Part shown: positions 25,514 through 32,000 of the stretch, piece after piece
How the letters are laid out: every line of letters begins with the position of its first letter
How positions within the stretch are numbered: position 1 is the stretch's first letter
Assembly (NCBI RefSeq): GCF_004376175.1
Contig: NZ_SNUY01000007.1
Location: forward strand, 30,001-62,000
Direction of reading: 5' to 3'
DNA length: 32,000 nucleotides
DNA from: Halalkalibacterium halodurans
Lineage (GTDB): Bacteria; Bacillota; Bacilli; Bacillales; Bacillaceae_D
Notes under the pieces: generated by a model
Seen by the model: the letters and a program-made list of their open reading frames with translations, nothing else
What the model was told of the DNA's origin: nothing
The model's database searches: none
Position numbers and translations under genes: made by a program

Positions 25514-26500
25514 TCACACTCTGTTTATTTGGTCTTTCAATAATGATTGTACGTCTTCAAGTCTCGGTAACGCGGAAATCGCCCCTCTTCTTGTAGCCGT
25601 TAACGCCCCGCAAACATTGGCAAACGTTAAAAGCATCTCAAGCAAGTCTGGATCGCTTAGAATGTCTTGCAACAGCTCATACTTGAGCAACGGGGCAAGT
25701 CTATAAAGAAATCCGCCCACAAAAGCATCTCCTGCTCCCGTCGTATCGACCGCTTTCACCTTGATGGCTGTCATATAGCCTGAGCTTGTTTTCGTGTAAT
25801 ACGCGCAGCCAGCTTCTCCCTTTGTCACGAGCACGAGCTTGACCGAGCCTATGAACAAGGATTTGGCGGCAGTGAGTTCTTCCTCATCGCCAGTTAAGAA
25901 GGCCAGCTCCTCTTCACTTAGTTTTAAAATGTCTACATTGGGAACCTGCCCGAGAATGGCCTCCCTTGCTTGCTGTTCATCTCCCCATAACGGCAGCCGG
26001 ATGTTCGGATCAAAGCTAATGATCATCTCGTTTTGCTTCGCGTAGTGTATGGCTTGAAGTGTCGCCTCTCTCACCGGATTGGTAATGAGCGAAATTGAGC
26101 CAAAATGAAAGATAGCCGCACGTTTAAACCACTCTTCTTGTAAATCAGTAGGTTTGAACAGCATATCGGCTGACGGCTCACGGTAAAAGAGAAAATCCCG
26201 TTCACCATCATTGTCTAAGGATACGAAGGCGAGAGCGGTCTTCGCCTCTGTTGTTTGCAAAAGGGGTTTTGTGTCCACCCCTTTTTTGCGAAGCGTCTCG
26301 ATTAAAAAGTCACCAAATGGGTCGGCCCCTACCTTTCCAATCATGGATACGTGACCGCCGAGATGAGCGATCGCTGCACTCACATTAGCAGGGGCACCGC
26401 CTGCCTCTTTTTGAAACTGATGAACATCCTTTAATTTGTCTCCGTTTTTTAACGGGACAAAATCGATTAATAGCTCGCCAAAGCACAGTATATCCGCCAT
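25514..26500 (-). CDS. PfkB-family sugar kinase, fructokinase-like
   Basis: ADILCFGELLIDFVP...GGAPANV at the N-terminus and the PfkB C-terminal signature DTTGAGDAFVGGFLY. It lies in an operon with GH32 genes. The ATG at 26500 (GAGGTG 5 nt upstream) is preferred over the track GTG at 26506. Confidence 0.88.
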   Translation of the reverse strand: MADILCFGELLIDFVPLKNGDKLKDVHQFQKEAGGAPANVSAAIAHLGGHVSMIGKVGADPFGDFLIETLRKKGVDTKPLLQTTEAKTALAFVSLDNDGERDFLFYREPSADMLFKPTDLQEEWFKRAAIFHFGSISLITNPVREATLQAIHYAKQNEMIISFDPNIRLPLWGDEQQAREAILGQVPNVDILKLSEEELAFLTGDEEELTAAKSLFIGSVKLVLVTKGEAGCAYYTKTSSGYMTAIKVKAVDTTGAGDAFVGGFLYRLAPLLKYELLQDILSDPDLLEMLLTFANVCGALTATRRGAISALPRLEDVQSLLKDQINRV

Positions 26501-26521
26501 GATCACACCTCGTCAGTTTAA

Positions 26522-26550
26522 TTTAAACGTTTACGTAATCGATTACGTCA
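26522..26550 (-). promoter_or_regulatory. LacI-type operator candidate B, in the promoter region of the fructokinase-GH32-transporter operon
   Basis: TTTAAACGTTTACGTAATCGATTACGTCA. It contains the perfect 16-bp palindrome ACGTAATCGATTACGT (26533-26548), whose core GTAATCGATTAC fits the LacI/GalR pattern (TG)TAAnCGnTTA(CA). It shares TACGTAATCG.TTA with sites A and C. Confidence 0.65.
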
Positions 26551-26573
26551 TGAGCATAGGAGATCGCTCTCCA

Positions 26574-27581
26574 CTACACAGAGTCACGTGAAATCAATTG
26601 GGTCGGCAGTAAGATCGACTTTTTATCTGATCGCTTCTGATGCCCTTTCTCGATCCGCTCCAATAAAACATGGACCGCCTTCTCCCCTATTTCATAGGAT
26701 GGCTGCTCGACGACGGATAGTGGTGGGGTCGTAATTTTCATCCAATCATAATTATCAAAGCCGATAATCGCGATTTCTTCTGGGATGTTGATCTGATGTT
26801 CATTGATGTACCGCAATGCTCCCATCGTCATTACATTATTCGACACAAACAAGGCCGTAACCTGCTCCTCTGAGATTAATTTCTTGGCCAAATTGTACCC
26901 TTCCTGAAAATTAGGATGACCTTCTTTAATAAAAGTTGGCTTTACTTCCAAATGATAGCGTTCATGGGCTTCCTTATACCCTCGCAACCGTTCATCACTC
27001 GTTGTAATCCCTAAATAGCCTGAAATAAAGCCAATTCGCTCGTGCCCTTTCTTAATGAGTGTTTCAATCGCTTGGAACGTGCCTTGATACCCATCGGCCA
27101 TCACCAGATCGCCGTCATAGCCCTGCGGTTTCCGGTCGATAAAGACGACGGGGTAATCCCCGGAAAAAACGCCGTCATACTGAGAGATGTCGGAAGCCGT
27201 CGGTGCAATGATGAGTCCATCAATTAACTGGGTATTAAAAAGTTTAATTTGCTCAAGCTCCGTCTGCAGATCTTCATGGGAATTCCCTAAAATGAGGTTA
27301 TAGCCTTTCTGTTTCACAATTGTTTCAATCCCATTTGCGATCGACATAAAAAAGAAATTTGACGTGTCCATATGCAGCATCGGCACGATTAGCCCGATCG
27401 TCATAGATTTCCGACTGCGCAAGCTTTTCGCGACTAAGTTTGGCTTATAGTCTAGCTCCTTCATCGCTTGAAAGACTTTCACCTTCGTTGATTCTGATAC
27501 AAACCTCGTCTCATTAATCACATGAGAGACGGTTGCGGTTGACACATTTGCTTTTTTTGCCACATCCTTAATACTCGCCAT
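26574..27581 (-). CDS. LacI/GalR-family transcriptional regulator
   Basis: The N-terminal HTH reads MASIKDVAKKANVSTATVSHVINETRFVSESTKVKVFQAMKELDYKPNLVAKSLRS. A periplasmic-binding-protein-like sugar-sensing domain follows. It heads the minus-strand fructan block. Confidence 0.92.
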   Translation of the reverse strand: MASIKDVAKKANVSTATVSHVINETRFVSESTKVKVFQAMKELDYKPNLVAKSLRSRKSMTIGLIVPMLHMDTSNFFFMSIANGIETIVKQKGYNLILGNSHEDLQTELEQIKLFNTQLIDGLIIAPTASDISQYDGVFSGDYPVVFIDRKPQGYDGDLVMADGYQGTFQAIETLIKKGHERIGFISGYLGITTSDERLRGYKEAHERYHLEVKPTFIKEGHPNFQEGYNLAKKLISEEQVTALFVSNNVMTMGALRYINEHQINIPEEIAIIGFDNYDWMKITTPPLSVVEQPSYEIGEKAVHVLLERIEKGHQKRSDKKSILLPTQLISRDSV

Positions 27582-27594
27582 AAGTTCTCCTCTT

Positions 27595-27608
27595 TCGAAG
27601 CGCTTTCA
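27595..27608 (-). promoter_or_regulatory. cre-like box in the 5' leader of the LacI gene
   Basis: The + strand reads TCGAAGCGCTTTCA, matching 12 of 14 positions of TGWAANCGNTNWCA. It shares AAGCGCTTTCA with the box at 17213-17226. Confidence 0.35.
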
Positions 27609-27615
27609 TCATTGA

Positions 27616-27640
27616 TTTAAATACTACGTAATCGTTTAAA
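27616..27640 (-). promoter_or_regulatory. LacI-type operator candidate C, upstream of the LacI gene (probable autoregulation)
   Basis: TTTAAATACTACGTAATCGTTTAAA. The 16-mer TACGTAATCGTTTAAA (27625-27640) is identical to the reverse complement of site A. Confidence 0.55.
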
Positions 27641-27747
27641 TGAAGCTTATAATATTCCGAACTTTTTGTCAATGGAGGAATAAAAATAATCAGAAAACCC
27701 TTTGCCCTTATTTAGTTAAGTTTTTGTATCCGTTTCTCTTTTTCTTG

Positions 27748-28086
27748 CTAAAGCTCATTCACTTTATTTAAGTAAGGAACCACCCAATAATCTGCCACTC
27801 GATCAACCTCTCTTTTCTCCATAAACAATATTTCATTAGTCTCTTGATTTCTTGAATATAGATAAATATGATCTTGATCATAAGTATAATAAACCCCTAC
27901 ACGCGGAAAGCCCTTTTTATATACATAAGGGGCTACAATTTCAGATTCAGTCACACCTTCACTTTCCATTACATGTTCAACTACATCTTGTGTAAGATGA
28001 TTATACATAATCATGTTTGGAATAAAGAAAGCGCCGGCTAACAGCAAAATTATGAATACAAACAAAAACCACCATTTTCCCTTCAC
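27748..28086 (-). CDS. Small membrane-anchored protein of unknown function
   Basis: GTG start 6 nt after AGGAGG, overlapping the NUDIX stop codon by 1 nt (TAGTG). It has an N-terminal TM helix (WWFLFVFIILLLAGAFFIP) and a ~85-aa extracytoplasmic domain. I did not recognise a family. Confidence 0.6.
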   Translation of the reverse strand: MKGKWWFLFVFIILLLAGAFFIPNMIMYNHLTQDVVEHVMESEGVTESEIVAPYVYKKGFPRVGVYYTYDQDHIYLYSRNQETNEILFMEKREVDRVADYWVVPYLNKVNEL

Positions 28087-28520
28087 TAGGAACCTCCTAC
28101 TTTAGTGACCACTTTCCCTCTCGGCAAGTAAGGAACGATGGAAGGCTGATTGATCAGACCGTTCATCTCACTTGAAAAGTGTATGTACTCCTCTGCTTTT
28201 TCTCGAGCCATCCACGTAATCTCTTCAATTTCTTCTGGAATTGAAATGTTCAGCTGTCCACCGATGATAGTTCCTTGAAACATAAAGAAAATTACGTGGT
28301 GCTGACTCTCCTCGAAAAAAACTTCACTGATGGAAAAGGTCCCACCCACTTCCACGTCAAGTCCGGTTTCCTCTTTCACTTCCCGAATCGCGGCTTTTTC
28401 CAAGGTTTCACCCGGTTCCACCATTCCACCTGGAAGCGTGTAATAAGAATCGGCTTTTCCTTTGTTTTTCACCATAAGTACGTTCTCTTTCTTTTCATCA
28501 AAAAGCAGCACATAGGCCAC
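28086..28520 (-). CDS. NUDIX hydrolase
   Basis: The Nudix box is GGMVEPGETLEKAAIREVKEETGL (GX5EX7REUXEEXGU). The start is annotated at the GTG at 28520. See the finding about the upstream RBS+ATG and the in-frame TGA. Confidence 0.85.
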   Translation of the reverse strand: MAYVLLFDEKKENVLMVKNKGKADSYYTLPGGMVEPGETLEKAAIREVKEETGLDVEVGGTFSISEVFFEESQHHVIFFMFQGTIIGGQLNISIPEEIEEITWMAREKAEEYIHFSSEMNGLINQPSIVPYLPRGKVVTKVGGS

Positions 28521-28619
28521 ATCTACTCATTTCATCGGCAATCCTCCTTTGTTTAATCCCCTCTTAAAGCGGTGACGTTCTACTATTGTTGCTTCTACCT
28601 TAGCAAAATCTTCTTGTAG

Positions 28620-28796
28620 TTATGATTTTAAAGCTGTCGTTTTTCCCATGTCCGTGCCCGAAAGGCTCATCGAACGAATAGAGACGAGAAAAACGATTCC
28701 GACAAGGACCTCGAAAAATCCAGTAACCACGGGTACGTATTTCAGCCCAAAACCTGAAATAATAAGACCTGTCAAAAAGGCTCCTAGCTGCTTCAC
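28620..28796 (-). CDS. Possible 58-aa small membrane protein (alternative frame to track ORF 28600..28800)
   Basis: The GTG-initiated frame gives VKQLGAFLTGLIISGFGLKYVPVVTGFFEVLVGIVFLVSIRSMSLSGTDMGKTTALKS, which has two clear hydrophobic helices. The track frame is R/F/W-rich and looks non-protein-like. The ribosome-binding site is weak. Confidence 0.35.
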   Translation of the reverse strand: MKQLGAFLTGLIISGFGLKYVPVVTGFFEVLVGIVFLVSIRSMSLSGTDMGKTTALKS

Positions 28797-28875
28797 TCAT
28801 CCTCTCTCATTCTAGCATAGACATTGTCACATTGTGGTATTTTCGTTAAGATGAGGGTAAAAAGGAGCGGATCGG

Positions 28876-29675
28876 TTGACCATTATCAAAAACATTGGGC
28901 GTTACTGTCCAACAGATAAGCAAGGGTTTATCTTAAATGACGCGAGTGTAGCCAAGATTCAACCTGAACACATGACGCTCATCGAGGATGTGGTAGAAGA
29001 CTATCGGCTACATATGGGGGATCACATCCATAGTCTCTATATTAGAGGTTCCATTCCTCGTGGTTTAGGGATATACGGAGTGTCTGATTTGGATACTCTT
29101 GCTGTTACCCATGTCGCCCCGGGGTCATTAGATTTACGATGGGTAGAGGAGGCGGAAAGAATACGGAATCATCAATATCAAGGTGTAAACGGAATAGAGT
29201 TCAGTTTTTATAGCTTAAAAGATCTATTAAACAAGACTATAGCATTTGTGTATACGGCGATGATTTAGCGAACCATCTACCATCCTTTAAAGCCGATAAG
29301 GCACTCGGAAATGAACACCTTTTGCCGTTAAAACAGCAAATCATTCGAGCAAAAGAAGACCTTTTGGATAATGAAGATCGTGCAGATATTATTGATTGTT
29401 GCATCTGGATTATGAAGCTCATCGTTCGAGCTGGACTCGCACTAGTCATCGAGAAAGAGCACCGTTACACAAGAGACTTATACCCAGCGTATCAAATCTT
29501 TGCTAAACATTATCATGAGAAAGGAGCTGAGATGAAACAAGCCTTACAATACGCGATTGCCCCAGTCGACAATCCTAAGGAAATCAGCCGATTTTTAGAA
29601 CACTTCGGCAGCTGGATGATAGAAGAGTCTGAGAAATGGCTAGAGGTTCACAACCCTACTAGATTGAAACATTAG
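28876..29675 (+). pseudogene. Nucleotidyltransferase-fold protein (ANT/AadA-like architecture) split by a frameshift
   Basis: ORF 28876..29268 carries the minimal nucleotidyltransferase motif YIRGSIPRGLGIYGVSDLDTLAV (GS...DxD). ORF 29322..29675, in a different frame, is the helical C-terminal half. The second frame is already open from 29214 (...KQDYSICVYGDDLANHLPSFKADKAL...). The two frames therefore overlap at 29214-29268 and a 1-nt indel near 29220-29240 would fuse them. Confidence 0.6.
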
Positions 29676-29697
29676 AAGAATGCGGGGGATGATTGAG

Positions 29698-30726
29698 ATG
29701 GATACAAACCGCCTATCCGCGTGGTTCAACACGTTTGCAAAAGCTGAATGTGCATGTTCGAGTGACCTTTACGAATATTTGTCGCTCAAAATCGCGGAGG
29801 ATCATGACTTACTGGCATTGAGTTCGAATGCGAAAGAAGGACAGCCTGTCCCGAATTTATTTTTTGGCGTGATTCATTTCCTTCTCCTTAACGGGGTGGA
29901 ACACCCATTATGCGAGTTTTACCCTAGCATCGTTGAGAAACCACAACCACCTCAAAAAAGCTTTCCGTACTTCAAGAGCTTTTGTTTAACCTATAAAGAT
30001 CAATTGATTTCACTCTTAAACGAAAGAAAAGTACAGACAAATGAAGTGAGGCGTTGTGGCTATTTATATCCGACTTTCTTCTATATTTATGAGAAGGTGA
30101 AAAAGCCATTAGCATTGATTGAAATCGGAACGAGTGCAGGATTTCAGCTATTATGGGATCATTACTCCTACTCTTATCATGCGGATGAGCGGTATGGAAA
30201 TCATCATTCGGCGGTACACATTTTCTCAGAAATAAAAGGGAAAAACATGCCCCCTCTTCCCAACGTGAGTCCTCCTGTTACGTATCGATATGGACTGGAT
30301 TTACACATCAATGATTTATCAAAAACAGAGGATACCTTATGGCTAAAAGCGTTAATCTGGCCGGAGCATCAAGAAAGGCGGGCGTTATTCGAACAGGCTT
30401 CCGGCTACGTAAACAAGCATCAAGATGACCTTCACCTCATTGAAGGTGATGGAGTAGAACACCTCCCTCGGATTGTCGAGCACATTCCGAATGATTCGGC
30501 TATCTGTATTTTCCATACTCACGTAGCGAATCAAATGCCCCTAGATAAAAAACAAGCATTATTAGCGATCGTTAAAAAGATCGGGAAGAACCGGGATGTG
30601 TTTCATCTTTATAACAACATCTGGGACGGAGATCTCCACCTTGACTCCTTCATCTACGGAAAGGAAGATAACGAAATCATTGCCCAAACTGACGGTCATG
30701 GAAGATGGTTTAAATGGCTAGCCTAA
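29698..30726 (+). CDS. DUF2332-like protein (possible class-I methyltransferase fold), function unknown
   Basis: The pattern FNTFAKAECACSSDLYEYLSLKIAEDHDLLAL...PVPNLFFGVIHFLLLNG..HPLCEFYPS is as I recall for DUF2332. LIEIGTSAGFQLLWD resembles SAM-MTase motif I. The ATG at 29698 (8 nt after GGGGGA) is preferred over the track's 29680. It follows the nucleotidyltransferase gene within about 20 nt. Confidence 0.6.
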   Translation: MDTNRLSAWFNTFAKAECACSSDLYEYLSLKIAEDHDLLALSSNAKEGQPVPNLFFGVIHFLLLNGVEHPLCEFYPSIVEKPQPPQKSFPYFKSFCLTYKDQLISLLNERKVQTNEVRRCGYLYPTFFYIYEKVKKPLALIEIGTSAGFQLLWDHYSYSYHADERYGNHHSAVHIFSEIKGKNMPPLPNVSPPVTYRYGLDLHINDLSKTEDTLWLKALIWPEHQERRALFEQASGYVNKHQDDLHLIEGDGVEHLPRIVEHIPNDSAICIFHTHVANQMPLDKKQALLAIVKKIGKNRDVFHLYNNIWDGDLHLDSFIYGKEDNEIIAQTDGHGRWFKWLA

Positions 30727-30944
30727 CGATAGGAATGTCCAAGAATTCACCTCGGTTACTTGAATTTTCAAGAGTTCTAGAATCGAAAAACAACGATCAC
30801 TTCTTGAACCTTTGAGAAGCCCGGACATATGCAGAGGAATGTTTGAAGAATATGCGTATCATTAGAGGATGGAAGACAGCTATAGTAAGGGCTCTGGATC
30901 AGGCTAAAGCATAAATTGACTAGACTCTATTTGAAGCAAGATAA

Positions 30945-30981
30945 AAACAAAGACCCCCGCAATGAAATAGCGGGGGCGCAA
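30945..30981 (-). terminator. 37-bp repeat copy 1: intrinsic terminator for the 108-aa gene
   Basis: AAACAAAGACCCCCGCAATGAAATAGCGGGGGCGCAA. On the minus strand, CCCCCGC-tatttcatt-GCGGGGG is followed by TCTTTGTTT. It is identical to 31798-31834. Confidence 0.65.
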
Positions 30982-31038
30982 CGGAACAACGTTTAATTGA
31001 GATGCAAACAACATAATCTCACCGAAACTGGTACGTGT

Positions 31039-31365
31039 TTAATCCCCTTGATTAAACTCTTTTGTAACGGAGATTCCAAGCTTGCTTAATTCCTTATGAA
31101 TCATATGGCTATCTTCAATCCCTTGGCGATATGCAAACTCTTGCATTAATCCTCCTGCGTAAGTCCAAGCTGCTTCTAAGTCATCAAGAAGCCTTTTCTG
31201 CTTTTCAGTCGTTAAGGAGTCTCTTAATAGCTCAAATATACTTGACTTTTTCGCATCAACTGAGATGTATTCTGGATCGCTCATTGCTTTTTCTCGCGCC
31301 ATTTGATGGATACGTTCTTCCATGATCCCGATAAATGCTTTTTCAACAACCGTTCTCTTAATCAT
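31039..31365 (-). CDS. Hypothetical all-helical 108-aa protein
   Basis: Clean ORF with GGAGGA 7 nt upstream of the ATG (rc of 31373-31378). It is charged and its composition suggests a helical protein. I did not recognise a family. Confidence 0.55.
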   Translation of the reverse strand: MIKRTVVEKAFIGIMEERIHQMAREKAMSDPEYISVDAKKSSIFELLRDSLTTEKQKRLLDDLEAAWTYAGGLMQEFAYRQGIEDSHMIHKELSKLGISVTKEFNQGD

Positions 31366-31500
31366 AGCAATCCTCCAATATTTCCCTTTACCAACGGAGA
31401 ACTCCCTTGCTATAATAATAACAGCACACTCCTGTAAAGGGTTTGTGTGATGGGGAATCCGTTGTCTCTGTGGTAGGGGAGACGGGTTCCCTAATTGCGT

Positions 31501-31644
31501 TCATTTAGAAGGCTTCTCCAAGTCTTGCTTAATAAGTGAAACAATGTAGTCTTGCATTGTTGTTCCTTCTGTAATTGTTTTAATTTTGACTTCTTTATGC
31601 AACTCGTCATCAAGCCTTAGTGTAATTGTTTTTATGTTTTTCAC
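31501..31644 (-). CDS. Ribbon-helix-helix (CopG/Arc/MetJ-like) small DNA-binding protein
   Basis: It is below the track's size cutoff. Translation (V K N I)KTITLRLDDELHKEVKIKTITEGTTMQDYIVSLIKQDLEKPSK shows the classic RHH beta-strand, helix, helix pattern. GGGAGGTGA precedes it. The only canonical start (GTG at 31644) overlaps the ribosome-binding site. The codon at ideal spacing is ATA (31635). Confidence 0.5.
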   Translation of the reverse strand: MKNIKTITLRLDDELHKEVKIKTITEGTTMQDYIVSLIKQDLEKPSK

Positions 31645-31797
31645 CTCCCTACTGCTTCCAGTTTAACATTCAAACATTCTATCAGTCAAGAATGTTTGAG
31701 GTATAATTTTCTAATTTTCTTCTTTAGCTTTTTGGGTTCTCCTTTCAATACTCCTCTATCTAGTTTTCCAGCAAATAAATTGCTTAGAAAGGTAGAG

Positions 31798-31834
31798 AAA
31801 CAAAGACCCCCGCAATGAAATAGCGGGGGCGCAA
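31798..31834 (-). terminator. 37-bp repeat copy 2: intrinsic terminator for the partial membrane-protein gene at the window end
   Basis: Identical 37-mer to 30945-30981. It lies 44 nt downstream (in the minus direction) of the stop at 31879. Confidence 0.6.
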
Positions 31835-31878
31835 TAGATCTTACAGCTCATGTTCAATGTCTTTGTTAAACAAGTGAT

Positions 31879-32000
31879 ATTAGCCAAACATGAATAAAAA
31901 GAAGCCTGCCCCTAGTATCATTAAACTAACAACCGTCAAAGACGCTAGGGTCATCGAAACAGTATAATCCTTTTTTGCATAAGTTATAATTTGAATAGGT
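31879..32000 (-). CDS. C-terminal end of a membrane protein (gene starts beyond the window end)
   Basis: The minus-strand frame is open to the window edge: ...PIQIITYAKKDYTVSMTLASLTVVSLMILGAGFFLFMFG*. It ends in a hydrophobic helix and is followed by the repeat terminator. Confidence 0.35.

Noticed and set aside
28600-28800. Track ORF of 66 aa (-)
   Set aside because: Its composition is implausible. An overlapping alternative frame gives a far more protein-like small membrane peptide, which is listed with low confidence instead.
30727-30944. Short ORF fragments (for example ATG at about 30830) between the DUF2332-like gene and repeat copy 1
   Set aside because: They are only a few codons long before stops, with no ribosome-binding site. 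I treat the stretch as intergenic.
31039-31644. Calling the RHH plus 108-aa pair a type II toxin-antitoxin system
   Set aside because: The genes are 135 nt apart rather than overlapping. The RHH start codon is doubtful, and the 108-aa protein shows no toxin motif I recognise. It is kept as a hypothesis only.
30945-31834. Insertion sequence or transposon bounded by the 37-bp repeats
   Set aside because: The repeats are direct, not inverted, and are functional-looking terminators. No transposase or integrase is enclosed.

Overview
This looks like a Firmicute (Bacillaceae-like) chromosomal segment. The evidence is GGAGG-type ribosome-binding sites, lipobox and Sec signal peptides, and very acidic secreted proteins that hint at a halophilic or alkaliphilic host. 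I saw no rRNA, tRNA, CRISPR array, transposase or integrase.

Left end (1-4.9 kb): the N-terminal part of a secreted peptidoglycan-binding repeat protein, a MacA/MacB-like efflux set (adaptor, ATPase, FtsX permease), and a MerR regulator with two tandem HTH domains.

Core (about 5.7-27.6 kb): an unusually large fructan locus built from two convergent gene blocks.
- Plus strand: two tandem secreted GH68 levansucrases, then a membrane-anchored LamG-GH32 enzyme.
- Minus strand: a LacI regulator, a PfkB fructokinase, a cytoplasmic exo-type GH32, two ABC permeases, a YesL/DUF624 protein, a large lipoprotein solute-binding protein, a cytoplasmic LamG-GH32, and a secreted protein of about 2047 aa.
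- The 2047-aa protein carries two GH32 catalytic domains (one exo-type with WMNDPNG/WEC, one with WQNEP/WEL), four copies of an unassigned ~150-aa module, a LamG domain, a Big_2 domain and a Lys-rich tail.
- All three LamG-linked GH32 domains have Glu instead of Asp at the nucleophile motif. From memory, this is the spelling of endo-inulinases.
- A conserved operator-like motif, TACGTAATCG(A/T)TTA, occurs three times around the LacI-controlled operon. cre-like boxes are also present.

Right end (27.7-32 kb): small accessory genes. These are a NUDIX hydrolase, a small membrane protein, a frameshifted nucleotidyltransferase, a DUF2332-like protein, and a ribbon-helix-helix gene plus a 108-aa gene bracketed by perfect 37-bp terminator repeats.

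All family assignments come from motif reading by eye. No searches were run.
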